Shown piece by piece: positions 9,595 through 20,570 of a stretch of DNA of 64,000 nucleotides (positions within the stretch are counted from its first letter, which is position 1; each line of letters starts with the position of its first letter). Position numbers and translations under genes: made by a program. Below the pieces are notes generated by a model that made no database searches, was not told the DNA's origin, and saw only the letters and a program-made list of their open reading frames with translations. This DNA is from Burkholderiaceae bacterium. Its GTDB lineage: Bacteria > Pseudomonadota > Gammaproteobacteria > Burkholderiales > Burkholderiaceae_C. The DNA lies in NCBI GenBank assembly GCA_038901875.1, contig JBCKPE010000001.1, positions 17,199 through 81,198 on the forward strand. The letters are read 5' to 3'.

Positions 9595-9870
9595 CTACCG
9601 CCCCGGTCGACGCAGCAGCAGCCACTGGGCGCTGCCGCAGGCCAGTATCAGGGCCGCGTAACTGACCATCTTGGCGTCGCGCCCGGTCAGCCAAAGCGCG
9701 AGCGAAAGCGTCGTCACGCCGATCAGGAAAACAATCAAGCATTGCATCCACCAGGACCGGCGCGCCGCAGGTTTGAACAAAGTGCGCCCCAGCAACGGCA
9801 GGGAACACGCCAACCAGAACGCTGGCGCGACGAAGTTCAGCAGGTGCACAAGGATGTCTTGCAGATCCAT
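9595..9870 (-). CDS. Small hypothetical membrane protein (about 91 aa, 3 predicted TM segments)
   Basis: Only the C-terminal 91 codons of the 313-aa track ORF avoid overlap with hemA. ATG at 9870. Hydrophobic stretches are ILVHLLNFVAPAFWLACSLPLL, WWMQCLIVFLIGVTTLSLALWL and VSYAALILACGSAQWLLL. No family recognised. Confidence 0.45.
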   Translation of the reverse strand: MDLQDILVHLLNFVAPAFWLACSLPLLGRTLFKPAARRSWWMQCLIVFLIGVTTLSLALWLTGRDAKMVSYAALILACGSAQWLLLRRPGR

Positions 9871-9927
9871 CTGGTGCGGATCCTCCACGGTCCGAACGCG
9901 CGGGACTGCGCGCGAAGAGGCTGATTT

Positions 9928-9933
9928 TATAAT
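9928..9933 (+). promoter_or_regulatory. Consensus -10 hexamer TATAAT immediately upstream of hemA
   Basis: A perfect TATAAT ends 6 nt before the hemA ATG (9940). No purine-rich SD lies between them, and the -35 region is poor (ACTGCG). Confidence 0.3.
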
Positions 9934-9939
9934 CGCAGC

Positions 9940-11199
9940 ATGGCAGTTTGGGCATTGGGCCTCAATCACACGACCGCACCGCTCGACCTGCGCGAGCGGT
10001 TTGCCTTCGCCACGGATCAACTGCCGCCCCTGTTGCACGGCTTGCGGCGTTCGTTTCGGGAACAACCCGAAGCTGCCATTGTTTCGACTTGCAACCGCAC
10101 CGAGGTCTATTGCGCGGCTGGACAGGCGGAGCTGGAAACTACGCTGGATTGGCTTGCCAGCAACGGCAAGGTTGCCTCGGCCGAGTTGAAGCAACACGCC
10201 TATTGGTTGCAGGGCCAGATGGTTGCACGGCATGCCTTTCGGGTTGCCAGCGGGCTCGACTCCATGGTGCTGGGCGAACCCCAGATACTGGGTCAATTGA
10301 AGGAAGCGGTGCGTGCGGCGGAAAACGCCGGCACGCTCGGCAGCACACTGAACCAGCTTTTTCAACGGTCCTTTGCAGTTGCCAAGGAGGTGCGAAGCTC
10401 GACCGCCATTGGCGCCCACTCGATCAGCATGGCCGCGGCAGCGGTGCGTCTGGCGGGGCAACTGTTCGAGGACTTGCGCGAAGCGCGAGCACTTTTTGTT
10501 GGCGCGGGCGAGATGATCGAACTGGCATTGACGCACTTTGCCGCGAAAAATCTACGCTCGCTGGCAATCGCCAATCGCACTTACGAGCGCGGTGAACGAC
10601 TCGCTACCCGATTTGGCGCCGAAGTGATGCGTTTGTCCGACCTGCCAGAGCGCCTGCACGAGTTTGACATCGTGGTCAGCTGCACCGCCAGCACACTCCC
10701 GATCATCGGGCTGGGTTCAGTGAAAAGCGCGCTGAAGGCGCGTAAACACCGGCCGATGTTCATGGTTGACCTTGCGCTGCCGCGTGACATAGAGATCGAA
10801 GTCAAGACGCTGGAGGACGTTTTTCTCTACAACATTGACGATTTGGCCAGCGCCGTGCAGTCCGGCCAGGCGAATCGGCAGGCCGCGGTGGCCCAGGCCG
10901 AAGTGATCATTGATGCCGGAGTCACAAGTTTCATGCACTGGATGGATCAACGCAGCGCGGTTCCGTTGATTCAGCGTCTGAACACTCAAACGGAAACCTG
11001 GCGCAATGCCGAATTGGCCAAGGCGGCGAAATTGCTGGCCAAGGGCGAACCGGTCGAAGCGGTGCTCGATTCGCTGTCGCGCGGACTGAGCCAGAAAATG
11101 CTGCATGGCGCCTACGCCGAATTGCATTCGGGAGACCACGCGGCTCGCGCACGCGCCGGTCAGGCCATCGAACACTTCTTTCTGCGGCGTTCGCGCTAG
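9940..11199 (+). CDS. hemA: Glutamyl-tRNA reductase
   Basis: 419 aa. N-terminus [21 protein letters not shown], catalytic Cys context [15 protein letters not shown]-binding [10 protein letters not shown]. Confidence 0.95.
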   Translation: MAVWALGLNHTTAPLDLRERFAFATDQLPPLLHGLRRSFREQPEAAIVSTCNRTEVYCAAGQAELETTLDWLASNGKVASAELKQHAYWLQGQMVARHAFRVASGLDSMVLGEPQILGQLKEAVRAAENAGTLGSTLNQLFQRSFAVAKEVRSSTAIGAHSISMAAAAVRLAGQLFEDLREARALFVGAGEMIELALTHFAAKNLRSLAIANRTYERGERLATRFGAEVMRLSDLPERLHEFDIVVSCTASTLPIIGLGSVKSALKARKHRPMFMVDLALPRDIEIEVKTLEDVFLYNIDDLASAVQSGQANRQAAVAQAEVIIDAGVTSFMHWMDQRSAVPLIQRLNTQTETWRNAELAKAAKLLAKGEPVEAVLDSLSRGLSQKMLHGAYAELHSGDHAARARAGQAIEHFFLRRSR

Positions 11200-11208
11200 C
11201 TGCCTCGG

Positions 11209-12297
11209 ATGAAACCGTTTCTGCGGGCGCAGTTGCAGCGCTATGTCGAGCGCCTGGGTGAACTCGATTTCCTGCTGTCGCGTCCGGACATCATGGGCGA
11301 CATGGCACAGTTTCTGTTGTTGTCGCGCGAACACGCTGAGGTGACCCAGGTTGCCGGGCGCCAGATTCGTCTAAGCAAGTACGAGGTCGAACTGGCGCAA
11401 GCGCGGGCGATGGAGTCGGATCCAGAATTGGGCGACATGGCGCGCGAAGAGATCGCGACCAAGCAGGCGCAGTTGCAGGCGCTTGAAGTCGAGCTGCATT
11501 CCCTGCTGATTCCGAAGGACCCCGACGACGCGCGAAATGCGTTTCTGGAAATCCGTGCCGGCACCGGTGGCGATGAGTCTGCCCTGTTCGCCGGCGACCT
11601 GCTGCGCATGTACACCCGCTACGCTGAGCGCAGAGGCTGGCGGGTTGAAATAATGAGTGAATCTCCGGGTGAAAAGGGCGGCTGCAAGGAAATTGTCCTA
11701 CGCATTGAGGGCGACCAGGTGTACGGCAGCTTGCGCTTCGAATCCGGTGGGCATCGGGTTCAGCGGGTCCCCGCCACAGAGGCGCAGGGACGCATCCACA
11801 CCAGCGCCTGCACCGTGGCCGCGCTCGCCGAACCCGACGAGGCGCAGGCGATCAAGATCAACCCGGCTGACCTGCGCATTGACACCTTTCGCGCCAGTGG
11901 CGCGGGTGGCCAACACATCAACAAGACGGACTCGGCTGTGCGTATCACGCACCTTCCGACCGGCATCGTCGCCGAATGCCAGGACGACCGCTCACAGCAC
12001 CGCAACAAGGCCAAGGCGATGCAGGTGCTCTCAGCACGCATTCAGGAGCAGGAGCGAACTGCCCGTGCCGCCAAGGAAGCTTCAACCAGAAAAGGCCTGA
12101 TTGGTTCGGGCGACCGGTCCGATCGAATCCGGACCTACAACTTTCCCCAGGGTCGATTCACTGACCATCGCATCCATCTGACGCTGCACAAGTTGCAATT
12201 CATCATGGAAGGCGATCTGGGCGAGGTCATTCATGCCCTGCGCTCGGCGCACGACGCCGAGCAAATGGCCGAACTCGAAGCCGCGATGTCCGGCTGA
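11209..12297 (+). CDS. prfA: Peptide chain release factor 1
   Basis: GGQ motif [11 protein letters not shown] and the RF1-type PxT tripeptide (RVPATE). hemA-prfA-prmC synteny. Confidence 0.96.
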   Translation: MKPFLRAQLQRYVERLGELDFLLSRPDIMGDMAQFLLLSREHAEVTQVAGRQIRLSKYEVELAQARAMESDPELGDMAREEIATKQAQLQALEVELHSLLIPKDPDDARNAFLEIRAGTGGDESALFAGDLLRMYTRYAERRGWRVEIMSESPGEKGGCKEIVLRIEGDQVYGSLRFESGGHRVQRVPATEAQGRIHTSACTVAALAEPDEAQAIKINPADLRIDTFRASGAGGQHINKTDSAVRITHLPTGIVAECQDDRSQHRNKAKAMQVLSARIQEQERTARAAKEASTRKGLIGSGDRSDRIRTYNFPQGRFTDHRIHLTLHKLQFIMEGDLGEVIHALRSAHDAEQMAELEAAMSG

Positions 12298-12335
12298 CCG
12301 GGCCAGGTCCGTCGGCGCTGGTACTTCGTCGCTCC

Positions 12336-13187
12336 ATGGTTGTCACGCCAGCCGCTTTCCCTCGCTCCGTGGCGCTCGCCATGGCGCATGCGCGCGGATT
12401 GGGCCTGGACGCGCTCGATGCACAACTCCTCCTGCTGCACGCCATGGGAATGCCAAGCGAGTGCCGCGTCTGGCTCACGACCCACGCTGACGACCCGGTT
12501 GCGCCAAGCGCCGGAAGATTGTTTCTGACACTTCTGGCGCGCCGCCTGGCAGGTGAGCCGCTCGCCTACATCGTCGGTCAGAAGGAGTTTTACGGCATCA
12601 GCCTGAGCGTGGACAGCCGCGTGTTGATACCCCGGCCCGACACCGAGACTCTGGTGGAGTGGTCGCTGGAGATTCTCGCGGGGCACCCTGGCGCCAGGGT
12701 ACTCGACCTTGGCACCGGCAGTGGCGCCATCGCGCTGGCACTCAAGCATCAGCGCCCCGACCTGCAGATCCTGGCGCTTGACGCCAGCGCCGCAGCGCTC
12801 GAACTGGCCCGGCAAAACGCCGCCAGGCTTGGCCTGGAGGTGTGCTTCCTCCAGAGTGATTGGTTGCGTGCCGTTGCCGGCGTCTTCGACCTGATCCTGT
12901 CCAACCCGCCCTACGTCGGAGACGCCGACCCGCATCTTGCCGAACTTGCCTGGGAGCCGGAGCAGGCGCTTGCCGCAGGCGCGGACGGCCTGGACGACCT
13001 TCGGGAAATCATCGCAACGGCTCCGCCGCATCTGCAGCCAGGATCCTGGCTGCTGGTCGAGCACGGCCACGATCAAGCGCGTCGGGTCGGCGAAATGCTT
13101 CGGGATTGCGGATTTCAGCAGATCACATCGAGGCGCGACCTTGGTGGTATCGAGCGCTGCAGCGCAGGCCGGCGGCCCGTGCAATGA
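12336..13187 (+). CDS. prmC: Release factor glutamine N5-methyltransferase
   Basis: SAM-binding VLDLGTGSGAI and catalytic NPPY (LILSNPPYV). Located downstream of prfA. Confidence 0.92.
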   Translation: MVVTPAAFPRSVALAMAHARGLGLDALDAQLLLLHAMGMPSECRVWLTTHADDPVAPSAGRLFLTLLARRLAGEPLAYIVGQKEFYGISLSVDSRVLIPRPDTETLVEWSLEILAGHPGARVLDLGTGSGAIALALKHQRPDLQILALDASAAALELARQNAARLGLEVCFLQSDWLRAVAGVFDLILSNPPYVGDADPHLAELAWEPEQALAAGADGLDDLREIIATAPPHLQPGSWLLVEHGHDQARRVGEMLRDCGFQQITSRRDLGGIERCSAGRRPVQ

Positions 13188-13336
13188 GCAGTTGCCGAGA
13201 CAGCCGATGCGATGCGACCAGCGCGAAGGCCAGCCACGCCGTGGTCGGACCATCGTGTCGAAAAAGCCCCAGCCCGGACAGAAAGCGCGCGCAGGTGAAA
13301 TAATCGGGCCCAAGCACCCTACCGAGGAGACCAACC

Positions 13337-13663
13337 ATGTCCAATGCCCATGAGCGAATCGACCAGCTCGTCAAATCCAGCGAGATACTGCTTTTCATGA
13401 AGGGCAATGCGAGCTTTCCGATGTGCGGTTTTTCTGGTCGCGCCATCCAGATCCTGAAGTCCTGCGGTGTCGACCCGAAAACGGTCACGACGGTGAATGT
13501 CCTCGACGACAGCGAAATCAGGCAGGGGATCAAGGAGTACAGCAACTGGCCGACGATTCCCCAGCTCTACGTCAAGGGAGAATTCATCGGCGGCTCCGAC
13601 ATCATGACGGAGATGTTCGAGTCGGGCGAGCTCGAGCAGGTGCTGGGCAAGGCGGATCAGTAG
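13337..13663 (+). CDS. grxD: Monothiol glutaredoxin (Grx4 family)
   Basis: 108 aa with the CGFS active site ([10 protein letters not shown]) and [16 protein letters not shown]. Confidence 0.93.
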   Translation: MSNAHERIDQLVKSSEILLFMKGNASFPMCGFSGRAIQILKSCGVDPKTVTTVNVLDDSEIRQGIKEYSNWPTIPQLYVKGEFIGGSDIMTEMFESGELEQVLGKADQ

Positions 13664-13720
13664 GCTTCGCCCCCTCTGGCTGGCGCCGCGGCCGAGCGAT
13701 ACCGTGTTGCGCGTCTCCGG

Positions 13721-14338
13721 TCAGGCCGGGAAAGTCCACACTTTTTGCGCCCGCAGCACGGCCTGCGGGTATTCCGGCCTGCCGCGGCTTCCGTTGTAGC
13801 GCCCCAGCGCCATGAACAGGTCGCCGACCTCCCGGTCCAGATAATGGCGCAGGATGACGCAGCCAAAGCGCAGGTTGGTCTGCATGTGAAACAGCTTGCC
13901 CACGTCACTGTCGCCGATGCTGCGGGTCCAGAATGGCATCACCTGCATGTAGCCACGGGCTCCGGCTGAGCTGACCGAAAATTTGCGAAACGCGCTCTCA
14001 ACCTGGATCAGGCCCAGGATCAATGAAATTTCCAGCCCTGAGCGGCGGGATTCATACCAAACGGTTTGCAGGAACTCGGTTCGGGTCTGGAAATCCGGTT
14101 TGCGCTGGCGTAACCGGTCGCTCATCGCCGACAACCATCGCAGGTAGGCCAATCGGGCCTCGGTGTCGCTGAACTCCGGAACCGGGGGCGCCTTGTTCGT
14201 GATTGCCGAGCTGAGCGCCGTGCGCACGGAATCGATCAGCGGCTCTTCAATCTGGCTTCCCGCCCATGCCGTCTGATGAATCCCCGGCAACGCAAGCACC
14301 AAGGGCCAGACGAACAGCAACTTTCTTCTTCGCATCAA
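13721..14338 (-). CDS. Lytic transglycosylase domain-containing protein (SLT family)
   Basis: N-terminal signal sequence MMRRRKLLFVWPLVLALPGIHQTAWA. SLT catalytic region LGLIQVESAFRKF...ARGYMQVMP. Confidence 0.85.
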   Translation of the reverse strand: MMRRRKLLFVWPLVLALPGIHQTAWAGSQIEEPLIDSVRTALSSAITNKAPPVPEFSDTEARLAYLRWLSAMSDRLRQRKPDFQTRTEFLQTVWYESRRSGLEISLILGLIQVESAFRKFSVSSAGARGYMQVMPFWTRSIGDSDVGKLFHMQTNLRFGCVILRHYLDREVGDLFMALGRYNGSRGRPEYPQAVLRAQKVWTFPA

Positions 14339-14357
14339 ACCAGGGCATCTGGACCGG

Positions 14358-16103
14358 TCATGAGGCCATTCGGGACCGGATCAGGGCCGGCATGTCGGAC
14401 ACCGAAACTTTCACTGCAGCCTTGTCACGGCGACCCTGGTACTCGAATTGCCCCTCACGCAGACCTCGCTCGGAGATGACCACGCGGTGCGGAATGCCGA
14501 TCAATTCCCAATCGGTGAACATCACCCCCGGTCGCTCGCCTCGATCGTCCAGGATGACATCGACTCCGGCTTCGAGCATCTCCCGATAGAGCGCCTCTGC
14601 TGCACCCTTGACCTCGGCATTTCGCTCCATGCCAATGGGGCAGATGACCAGCGTGAACGGCGCCAGAGAATCCGGCCAAATGATGCCGCGCTCGTCATGA
14701 TTCTGCTCGATCGCTGCCGCCGGCAGGCGCGTGATGCCGATACCGTAACAACCCATTTCCATGAACTGGGGCTTGCCGTTGACATCGAGAAAGGTCGCGT
14801 TCATGGCCCGGCTGTATTTCGTCCCCAGGTAGAACACATGTCCGATTTCGATGCCACGCTCAATCATCAGCGGGCCGCAACCATCGGGCGAAGGGTCACC
14901 CGCCTGGACGTTGCGCAAGTCGGCCACCAGGCCGGGTTCGGGAAGGTCACGCCCCCAATTGACGCCGGTCAGATGAAAATCAATTTCATTGGCGCCACAA
15001 ATCCAGTCCTTCATCACGGCGACCTCGCGATCCGCCACGACGGTGACGGACCGGCGTGTGTCAACCGGTCCGAGGTAACCGGGCGGACAGCCAAAGTGCG
15101 CCTCGATTTCAGCCTGCGTCGCAAAACGAAAGCCACGCTCCATTCCCGGCAACTTGCCCACCTTCACCTCGTTCATTTCATGATCGCCACGAAGCAGCAG
15201 GAGCCAGATGCGTGAGCCGGTCATTGCTCCGGCGTCATTGACCTCGTCGGTGGCAAGCACCAGCGACTTGAGCGTCGATTGCAGCGCAACGCCAAGAAAC
15301 TCCGCGACGTCGGCGCAGGTGCTTTTCCCCGGGGTTGCCGTTTTGGTCATTGACTGCGCCGGCGGCGCGACGGCGGCCACGGGTGCGAGGGACTCGGCCT
15401 TTTCCATGTTCGCGGCATAGTCGCTTTGCGGGCAATGAACGATGGCGTCTTCCCCGCTTGAGGCCAGCACCTGAAACTCCTCGCTCAGTTCGCCGCCGAT
15501 GGCGCCACTGTCAGCAGCCACCGCACGATAGGCCAGACCGAAGCGATCAAAGATGCGCCGATAGGTCCTGGCCATCAACTCGTAGCTGGCGCGAGCTGCT
15601 GGCGGGTCCCGGTCAAAACTGTAGGCGTCCTTCATGATGAACTCACGACCGCGCATCAGCCCAAAACGCGGACGCCTCTCGTCACGGAACTTGGTCTGAA
15701 TCTGGTAGAAGTTGCGCGGCAGTTGCTTGTAGCTGCGCAACTCCTGCCGGGCGATGTCCGTGATCACCTCTTCACTGGTCGGCTGCACGATGAAATCCCG
15801 GTTGTTCCGATCCTTCAAACGCAGCAGTTCCGGACCCATTTTCGAGAAGCGCCCGGTTTCCTGCCAGAGTTCGGCCGGCTGCACCACCGGCATGGTCAGT
15901 TCCACCGCCCCAGATCGATTCATTTCCTCTCGAACGATGGCTTCGACCTTGCGAATGACGCGCAACCCCATGGGCATCAGGGTGTAGATGCCAACTCCAA
16001 GTTTCTTGATCAGGCCGGCACGCAGCATCAGCTGGTGGCTCACAATTTCGGCGTCTGCAGGAGCGTCCTTGAGCGTGGAAACGAAAAATTGGGAGGCTTT
16101 CAT
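14358..16103 (-). CDS. proS: Proline--tRNA ligase
   Basis: Start moved to the ATG at 16103, giving [32 protein letters not shown], a canonical bacterial ProRS N-terminus. Class II motifs and an INS editing domain. About 581 aa. Confidence 0.95.
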   Translation of the reverse strand: MKASQFFVSTLKDAPADAEIVSHQLMLRAGLIKKLGVGIYTLMPMGLRVIRKVEAIVREEMNRSGAVELTMPVVQPAELWQETGRFSKMGPELLRLKDRNNRDFIVQPTSEEVITDIARQELRSYKQLPRNFYQIQTKFRDERRPRFGLMRGREFIMKDAYSFDRDPPAARASYELMARTYRRIFDRFGLAYRAVAADSGAIGGELSEEFQVLASSGEDAIVHCPQSDYAANMEKAESLAPVAAVAPPAQSMTKTATPGKSTCADVAEFLGVALQSTLKSLVLATDEVNDAGAMTGSRIWLLLLRGDHEMNEVKVGKLPGMERGFRFATQAEIEAHFGCPPGYLGPVDTRRSVTVVADREVAVMKDWICGANEIDFHLTGVNWGRDLPEPGLVADLRNVQAGDPSPDGCGPLMIERGIEIGHVFYLGTKYSRAMNATFLDVNGKPQFMEMGCYGIGITRLPAAAIEQNHDERGIIWPDSLAPFTLVICPIGMERNAEVKGAAEALYREMLEAGVDVILDDRGERPGVMFTDWELIGIPHRVVISERGLREGQFEYQGRRDKAAVKVSVSDMPALIRSRMAS

Positions 16104-16148
16104 CGACGTCGGCGCGGACAGGCGGGCGGGCGATCCCGGGTCGGCTGC

Positions 16149-16176
16149 TTGCTGCACCGGCCGGCCTGTGCATAAT
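16149..16176 (+). promoter_or_regulatory. Candidate sigma70 promoter for rppH
   Basis: TTGCTG (16149-16154), 16-nt spacer, CATAAT (16171-16176), about 30 nt upstream of the rppH ATG. Confidence 0.35.
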
Positions 16177-16207
16177 GGAATCAGTTAAGAAATCGTGAGG
16201 TTTGATT

Positions 16208-16873
16208 ATGCTCGACCGGGACGGCTTTCGGCCGAACGTCGGCATTGTCCTGCTCAACCACAAGAACCTGGTTTTTTGGGGTAAGCGGATTCGAACCCAC
16301 TCTTGGCAGTTTCCGCAGGGCGGCATCGATCGTGGCGAGACGCCCGAGCAGGCGATGTACCGGGAACTGCGTGAGGAAGTGGGGCTCCTTGCGGAGCATG
16401 TTCGCGTCCTTGCCCGGACCAGGGAATGGTTGCGCTACGAAGTGCCGGATCGTTACATCCGACGTGAAGCACGCGGCCATTACAAGGGTCAGAAACAGAT
16501 CTGGTTCCTGCTGCAGTTGGTCGGGCACGACTGGGATTTGAATCTGCGTGCCTCGACGCATCCGGAGTTCGACGCCTGGCGCTGGAACAGTTATTGGGTT
16601 CCGCTGGACATGGTGGTTGAGTTCAAGCGCGGCGTTTATGAAATGGCGCTTATCGAACTGTCCCGCTATCTGCCGCGGCACGAACCACGGAATCGCTACC
16701 TGCGCAGCGGCGCGCGACAACATGCAAGTGCCGGGCTTTTCGACGAAACCGACCCGCGTGCCGCGCTCCATGCAGAACCCGCAGTCGGGTATGCCCTGCC
16801 CCCGGGAGCAAGCTTTGATCCGGATCCCCAAACCAACACGGTTTCAAACCAGCGAAATCAAGCCGATGAATAA
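16208..16873 (+). CDS. rppH: RNA pyrophosphohydrolase (Nudix)
   Basis: ATG at 16208 preceded by GTGAGG. N-terminus [17 protein letters not shown] resembles E. coli RppH. Nudix box [23 protein letters not shown]. Confidence 0.92.
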   Translation: MLDRDGFRPNVGIVLLNHKNLVFWGKRIRTHSWQFPQGGIDRGETPEQAMYRELREEVGLLAEHVRVLARTREWLRYEVPDRYIRREARGHYKGQKQIWFLLQLVGHDWDLNLRASTHPEFDAWRWNSYWVPLDMVVEFKRGVYEMALIELSRYLPRHEPRNRYLRSGARQHASAGLFDETDPRAALHAEPAVGYALPPGASFDPDPQTNTVSNQRNQADE

Positions 16874-17363
16874 GAGTATTGTGGCGACCTTGCTCGCCTG
16901 CCTGAGCGTCGGGTCTGTACTGGCGCAACTTGCCCCCGAGGATCCGGACTGGACGGAGAGCGTTGCACCTGCTCCGCCTCGTTTCGAGAAATCCAGACTG
17001 ATTCGGTTCGATGTCTCACTTGGCCAAACCATGGTCTTCGGCGTGGATCCAGCGACGATCACCTTGAGCAAGGATGGCGTGGTTCGCTACGTTGTCGTCG
17101 CCATGGCCGAAAGCGGAAGCATGAATGCCATGTACGAAGCGATTCGCTGTGCCACTGGCGAGTTCAAGACCTACGCACGGCGGACCGCGGACAGCGACTG
17201 GCTCAGCGTTCAAGACCCGATCTGGAAACCCATGCAGGGAAACATGCCCTCGCGCCACGCCTACCGCCTCGCGCGCCAGGGCATCTGCAGCGGTCGGGTA
17301 GCCGCATCCTCGGTCGCCGAAATGGTTCGCAATCTCAGGTCGCCGCCGATCAACAACCGCTGA
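16866..17363 (+). CDS. CNP1-like family periplasmic/lipoprotein
   Basis: Internal ATG of the 271-aa track ORF. Signal peptide [21 protein letters not shown]. Conserved [10 protein letters not shown]...[15 protein letters not shown]...C pattern recalled for the CNP1-like family. 8-nt overlap with rppH. Confidence 0.7.
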   Translation: MNKSIVATLLACLSVGSVLAQLAPEDPDWTESVAPAPPRFEKSRLIRFDVSLGQTMVFGVDPATITLSKDGVVRYVVVAMAESGSMNAMYEAIRCATGEFKTYARRTADSDWLSVQDPIWKPMQGNMPSRHAYRLARQGICSGRVAASSVAEMVRNLRSPPINNR

Positions 17364-17382
17364 ATTCAATTGCGGATCCTGC

Positions 17383-18573
17383 TCAGCGCGTTCGAACCAG
17401 ATTGGTTCGATGAACCATTTCGGGCTCGGCCGCATAGCCGAGCAGGCCTTCAAACTCGCTGGACGGCCTGCGGCATATCAGGCGCGCCTCGATGCTTGCA
17501 TAGTTGGCCAGCCCGCGCGCAATTTCAGTTCCATTCGCATCTCGAATCGCTATCACGTCGCCACGCGAGAACTCACCCTCGATTCTTGTCATGCCTATGG
17601 GCAGCAGGCTCTTTCCTTCAGCGCGAACTTTGGCCGCCGCGCCATCGTCAACGTACACGGAGCCGCGCAGCTGCAGATGATCGGCCATCCATTGTTTTCG
17701 TGCCTGCGTTTTCGGCGTCGACGCGCGCAACAGCGTCCCGATGTTCTCGCCCCGCGCGATGCGCAGCAGCACATCGGGCGCCCTTCCCCATGCGATGACC
17801 GTGGAAGCGCCCGAGCCGGCGGCGCGTTTTGCAGCGAGGATCTTCGTGATCATTCCACCGCGCCCGATGCTTGAGCCGATGCCACCAGCCATCGCCTCGA
17901 GCTCGGGAGAGCCGGCCTGAGCGACCTCAATGAACCGCGCCAGCGGATCCTTCCGCGGGTCCGCGCTGTAAAGACCTTTTTGGTCGGTCAGAATGATCAG
18001 CAGGTCGGCCTCGATCAGGTTCGCCACCAGTGCGCCCAGAGTATCGTTGTCGCCAAACTTGATCTCTTCATTGACCACCGTATCGTTTTCATTGATCACC
18101 GGAATCACGCCAAGCCGCAGCAATGTGAGCAGGGTCGAGCGCGCGTTGAGATAGCGTTCCCGGTCGGCAAGGTCAGCGTGGGTGAGCAGCACCTGCGCAC
18201 TTGCCAATCCAAGCTCCCGGAACTTTGATTCGTACATCTGGGCCAGACCCATTTGACCGACCGCGGCTGCCGCCTGCAGCTCGTGCACTTCCCGCGGGCG
18301 GGACATCCAGCCCAAGCGCTTCATACCCTCGGCAATGGCGCCACTCGAAACCATCAGAACTTCGCGCCGAGCCAGGCTGGCGCTTCGACGTCCCGCCGGA
18401 TCGGTCGGTCCGGCATCGTCCCGAACAAGCAACCCGATCTGGCGGCACCACTCCCCGATGGCGTCCTCGGACAGGCCACGGCCCTCATTCGTGACCAAGC
18501 TTGAACCGACCTTGACAACAATTCGTCGAGCGTCGCGCGGCCCGGTTGTGGTGGCTGGAAGATCGTTCTCCAT
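17383..18573 (-). CDS. proB: Glutamate 5-kinase
   Basis: Amino acid kinase motif [12 protein letters not shown] and a C-terminal PUA domain. The start is ambiguous between ATG 18573 and a non-ATG start codon at 18612. Standard obgE-proB synteny. Confidence 0.93.
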   Translation of the reverse strand: MENDLPATTTGPRDARRIVVKVGSSLVTNEGRGLSEDAIGEWCRQIGLLVRDDAGPTDPAGRRSASLARREVLMVSSGAIAEGMKRLGWMSRPREVHELQAAAAVGQMGLAQMYESKFRELGLASAQVLLTHADLADRERYLNARSTLLTLLRLGVIPVINENDTVVNEEIKFGDNDTLGALVANLIEADLLIILTDQKGLYSADPRKDPLARFIEVAQAGSPELEAMAGGIGSSIGRGGMITKILAAKRAAGSGASTVIAWGRAPDVLLRIARGENIGTLLRASTPKTQARKQWMADHLQLRGSVYVDDGAAAKVRAEGKSLLPIGMTRIEGEFSRGDVIAIRDANGTEIARGLANYASIEARLICRRPSSEFEGLLGYAAEPEMVHRTNLVRTR

Positions 18574-18620
18574 GTTATGGATCCTGGAAACATCCGACAA
18601 TGCCAGAACCAACTGGCGGT

Positions 18621-19682
18621 CTACGCGGGATCGGAAAACCGCGGATCGATGGTCACCCCACCCTGCTGCTTCCGGAATTCCGCATCCAAATGTGCAAACA
18701 CCGCACGCACCAGGGCGTCACAGCCTTCCCTCGTCAATGCTGACAGTTCAAAGACCGGCCCTTTGAATCTTAGACGACGGATCAATGCTTGGACCTTGGG
18801 CTCGCGTTGGTCATGCGGAACCATGTCGATCTTGTTCAGCACGAGCCAGCGTGGTTTCTGTAACAGTTTGGGGTCGTATTTTTTCAGCTCCGCGATGATC
18901 GTCCGAACCTGTTCGACCGGATCAGTGTCGTCGAACGGAGCCATGTCGACGACGTGCAGCAGAAGGCGGGTCCGTTGCAGGTGGCGCAGGAACATATGAC
19001 CGAGTCCGGCGCCGTCGGAAGCTCCAGCGATCAAACCAGGCAGGTCGGCAATAACAAAACTCTGTTCGGGCCCGACTCTGACCACGCCGAGATTCGGGTA
19101 CAGGGTGGTAAACGGATAGTCGGCAATCTTCGGACGCGCATTCGACACGGCAGCGATCAAAGTCGACTTGCCGGCATTGGGCATTCCCAGCAGCCCGACG
19201 TCGGCCAGTACCTTGAGTTCAAGTTTCAGGCTCTTTCGCTCGCCGGGCCAGCCCGGCGTCTTTTGGCGCGGCGCCCGATTGATCGAACTCTTGAAACGCA
19301 TGTTGCCAAAACCGCCGTCGCCGCCCTTGGCCAGCATGACGGCTTCGCCCGGTGTCAGCAGTTCCAACAGGATTCCTCCAGAATGCGCGTCGCTGAAGAT
19401 CGTTCCGACAGGAACCTTCAGCGTAACGTCTTCGCCTGCGGCACCAAACATGTCTGAGCCCATGCCATGCTGGCCTCTGCGCGCCTCGTGGCGACGTGAA
19501 TAGCGGAAATCGACCAAGGTGTTCAGGCTCGGGTCCGCGGTCGCGTAGACATGGCCGCCACGCCCGCCATCGCCACCATTGGGGCCGCCGAATTCCTTGT
19601 ACTTCTCGTGCCTGAAGGCAACACAACCCGACCCGCCATCGCCTGCGATCACGTCGATCAGCGCCTCGTCGATGAACTTCAT
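18621..19682 (-). CDS. obgE: GTPase ObgE/CgtA
   Basis: Obg-fold N-terminus [29 protein letters not shown]1 [10 protein letters not shown]3 DLPGLI, G4 NKID. Confidence 0.96.
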   Translation of the reverse strand: MKFIDEALIDVIAGDGGSGCVAFRHEKYKEFGGPNGGDGGRGGHVYATADPSLNTLVDFRYSRRHEARRGQHGMGSDMFGAAGEDVTLKVPVGTIFSDAHSGGILLELLTPGEAVMLAKGGDGGFGNMRFKSSINRAPRQKTPGWPGERKSLKLELKVLADVGLLGMPNAGKSTLIAAVSNARPKIADYPFTTLYPNLGVVRVGPEQSFVIADLPGLIAGASDGAGLGHMFLRHLQRTRLLLHVVDMAPFDDTDPVEQVRTIIAELKKYDPKLLQKPRWLVLNKIDMVPHDQREPKVQALIRRLRFKGPVFELSALTREGCDALVRAVFAHLDAEFRKQQGGVTIDPRFSDPA

Positions 19683-19738
19683 GGCGATCCGGTCTCGGAA
19701 CTTAGCGGTTCGATGCTCATCGCGGCCGAATCACCGGT

Positions 19739-19771
19739 CCAAACAAAGAAGCCCCGACCTGGCGGGGCTTC
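19739..19771 (-). terminator. Rho-independent terminator/attenuator downstream of rpmA
   Basis: The minus strand reads GAAGCCCCG-CCAGGT-CGGGGCTTC followed by TTTGTTTGG. The 9-bp GC-rich stem starts about 20 nt after the rpmA stop, upstream of obgE. Confidence 0.75.
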
Positions 19772-19791
19772 CTGCTGGCTCCTCTGCCCCG

Positions 19792-20064
19792 TCATTGTTC
19801 GGTTGCGGCTGCCGGCCCCACACTCACCATCTGTTTGTTGAGTCGTCCCTTGACCGCAAAGGACACGTGACCCTCAACCAGCGCAAAAAGAGTATGGTCC
19901 TTGCCGATGCCAACGTTGGTTCCAGGATGAAACTGGGTTCCGCGCTGACGCACGATGATTGAACCGGCCGGCACGAGTTCGCCGCCGAACACCTTCACAC
20001 CAAGCATTTTTGGCTGGGAATCCCGGCCATTTCGCGTCGAGCCGCCGCCTTTTTTCTGTGCCAT
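19792..20064 (-). CDS. rpmA: 50S ribosomal protein L27
   Basis: 90 aa, [28 protein letters not shown]. Confidence 0.97.
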   Translation of the reverse strand: MAQKKGGGSTRNGRDSQPKMLGVKVFGGELVPAGSIIVRQRGTQFHPGTNVGIGKDHTLFALVEGHVSFAVKGRLNKQMVSVGPAAATEQ

Positions 20065-20076
20065 TTCCGCTAACCC

Positions 20077-20388
20077 TCAAACTGCGATCGAGGCAATCTG
20101 CAGCTCGGTGAAATGCTGCCGATGGCCTTGCCTTTTTTGATAGTGCTTGCGGCGGCGCATCTTGAAAATGCGCACCTTGTCGCGCAAACCCTGCGCCACC
20201 ACTGTGGCCTTGACCGACGCACCGGACACCCAGGGTGTACCAACCTTGAGGGCATCGCCTTCGCCGACTGCGAGCACCTGGTCAATCACAATTTCCTGGC
20301 CAATATCCGCAGCAATCTGTTCTACTTTGATTTTCTCGCCGGCGGCAACACGGTATTGCTTGCCACCAGTTTTTATGACCGCGTACAT
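20077..20388 (-). CDS. rplU: 50S ribosomal protein L21
   Basis: 103 aa from the internal ATG at 20388, [25 protein letters not shown]. The 43-codon upstream extension in the track is not L21-like. Confidence 0.96.
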   Translation of the reverse strand: MYAVIKTGGKQYRVAAGEKIKVEQIAADIGQEIVIDQVLAVGEGDALKVGTPWVSGASVKATVVAQGLRDKVRIFKMRRRKHYQKRQGHRQHFTELQIASIAV

Positions 20389-20570
20389 TTCAACCTCTTG
20401 AAAGACACACCCCGGAGAGATTTCCAAGGAGCCCGCGAGTATAGCATTCCCGTCGGTTCCATGACCCGCACCCGGGTGCATGCGGGCCCTGAAGCGAGCA
20501 ACTCGGGGCAAGTCCATGCGAACGCATTTCTATAATCGAACAAGTCTGCCAGGACCCGCTACGGCTCCCC

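Noticed and set aside
13123-13338. Possible 71-aa minus-strand ORF ([26 protein letters not shown]...) in the prmC-grxD spacer.
   Set aside because: It would overlap the conserved 3' end of prmC by about 65 nt and the grxD start. There is no SD and no recognisable family, and it is part of a longer antisense artefact ORF (13123..13545).
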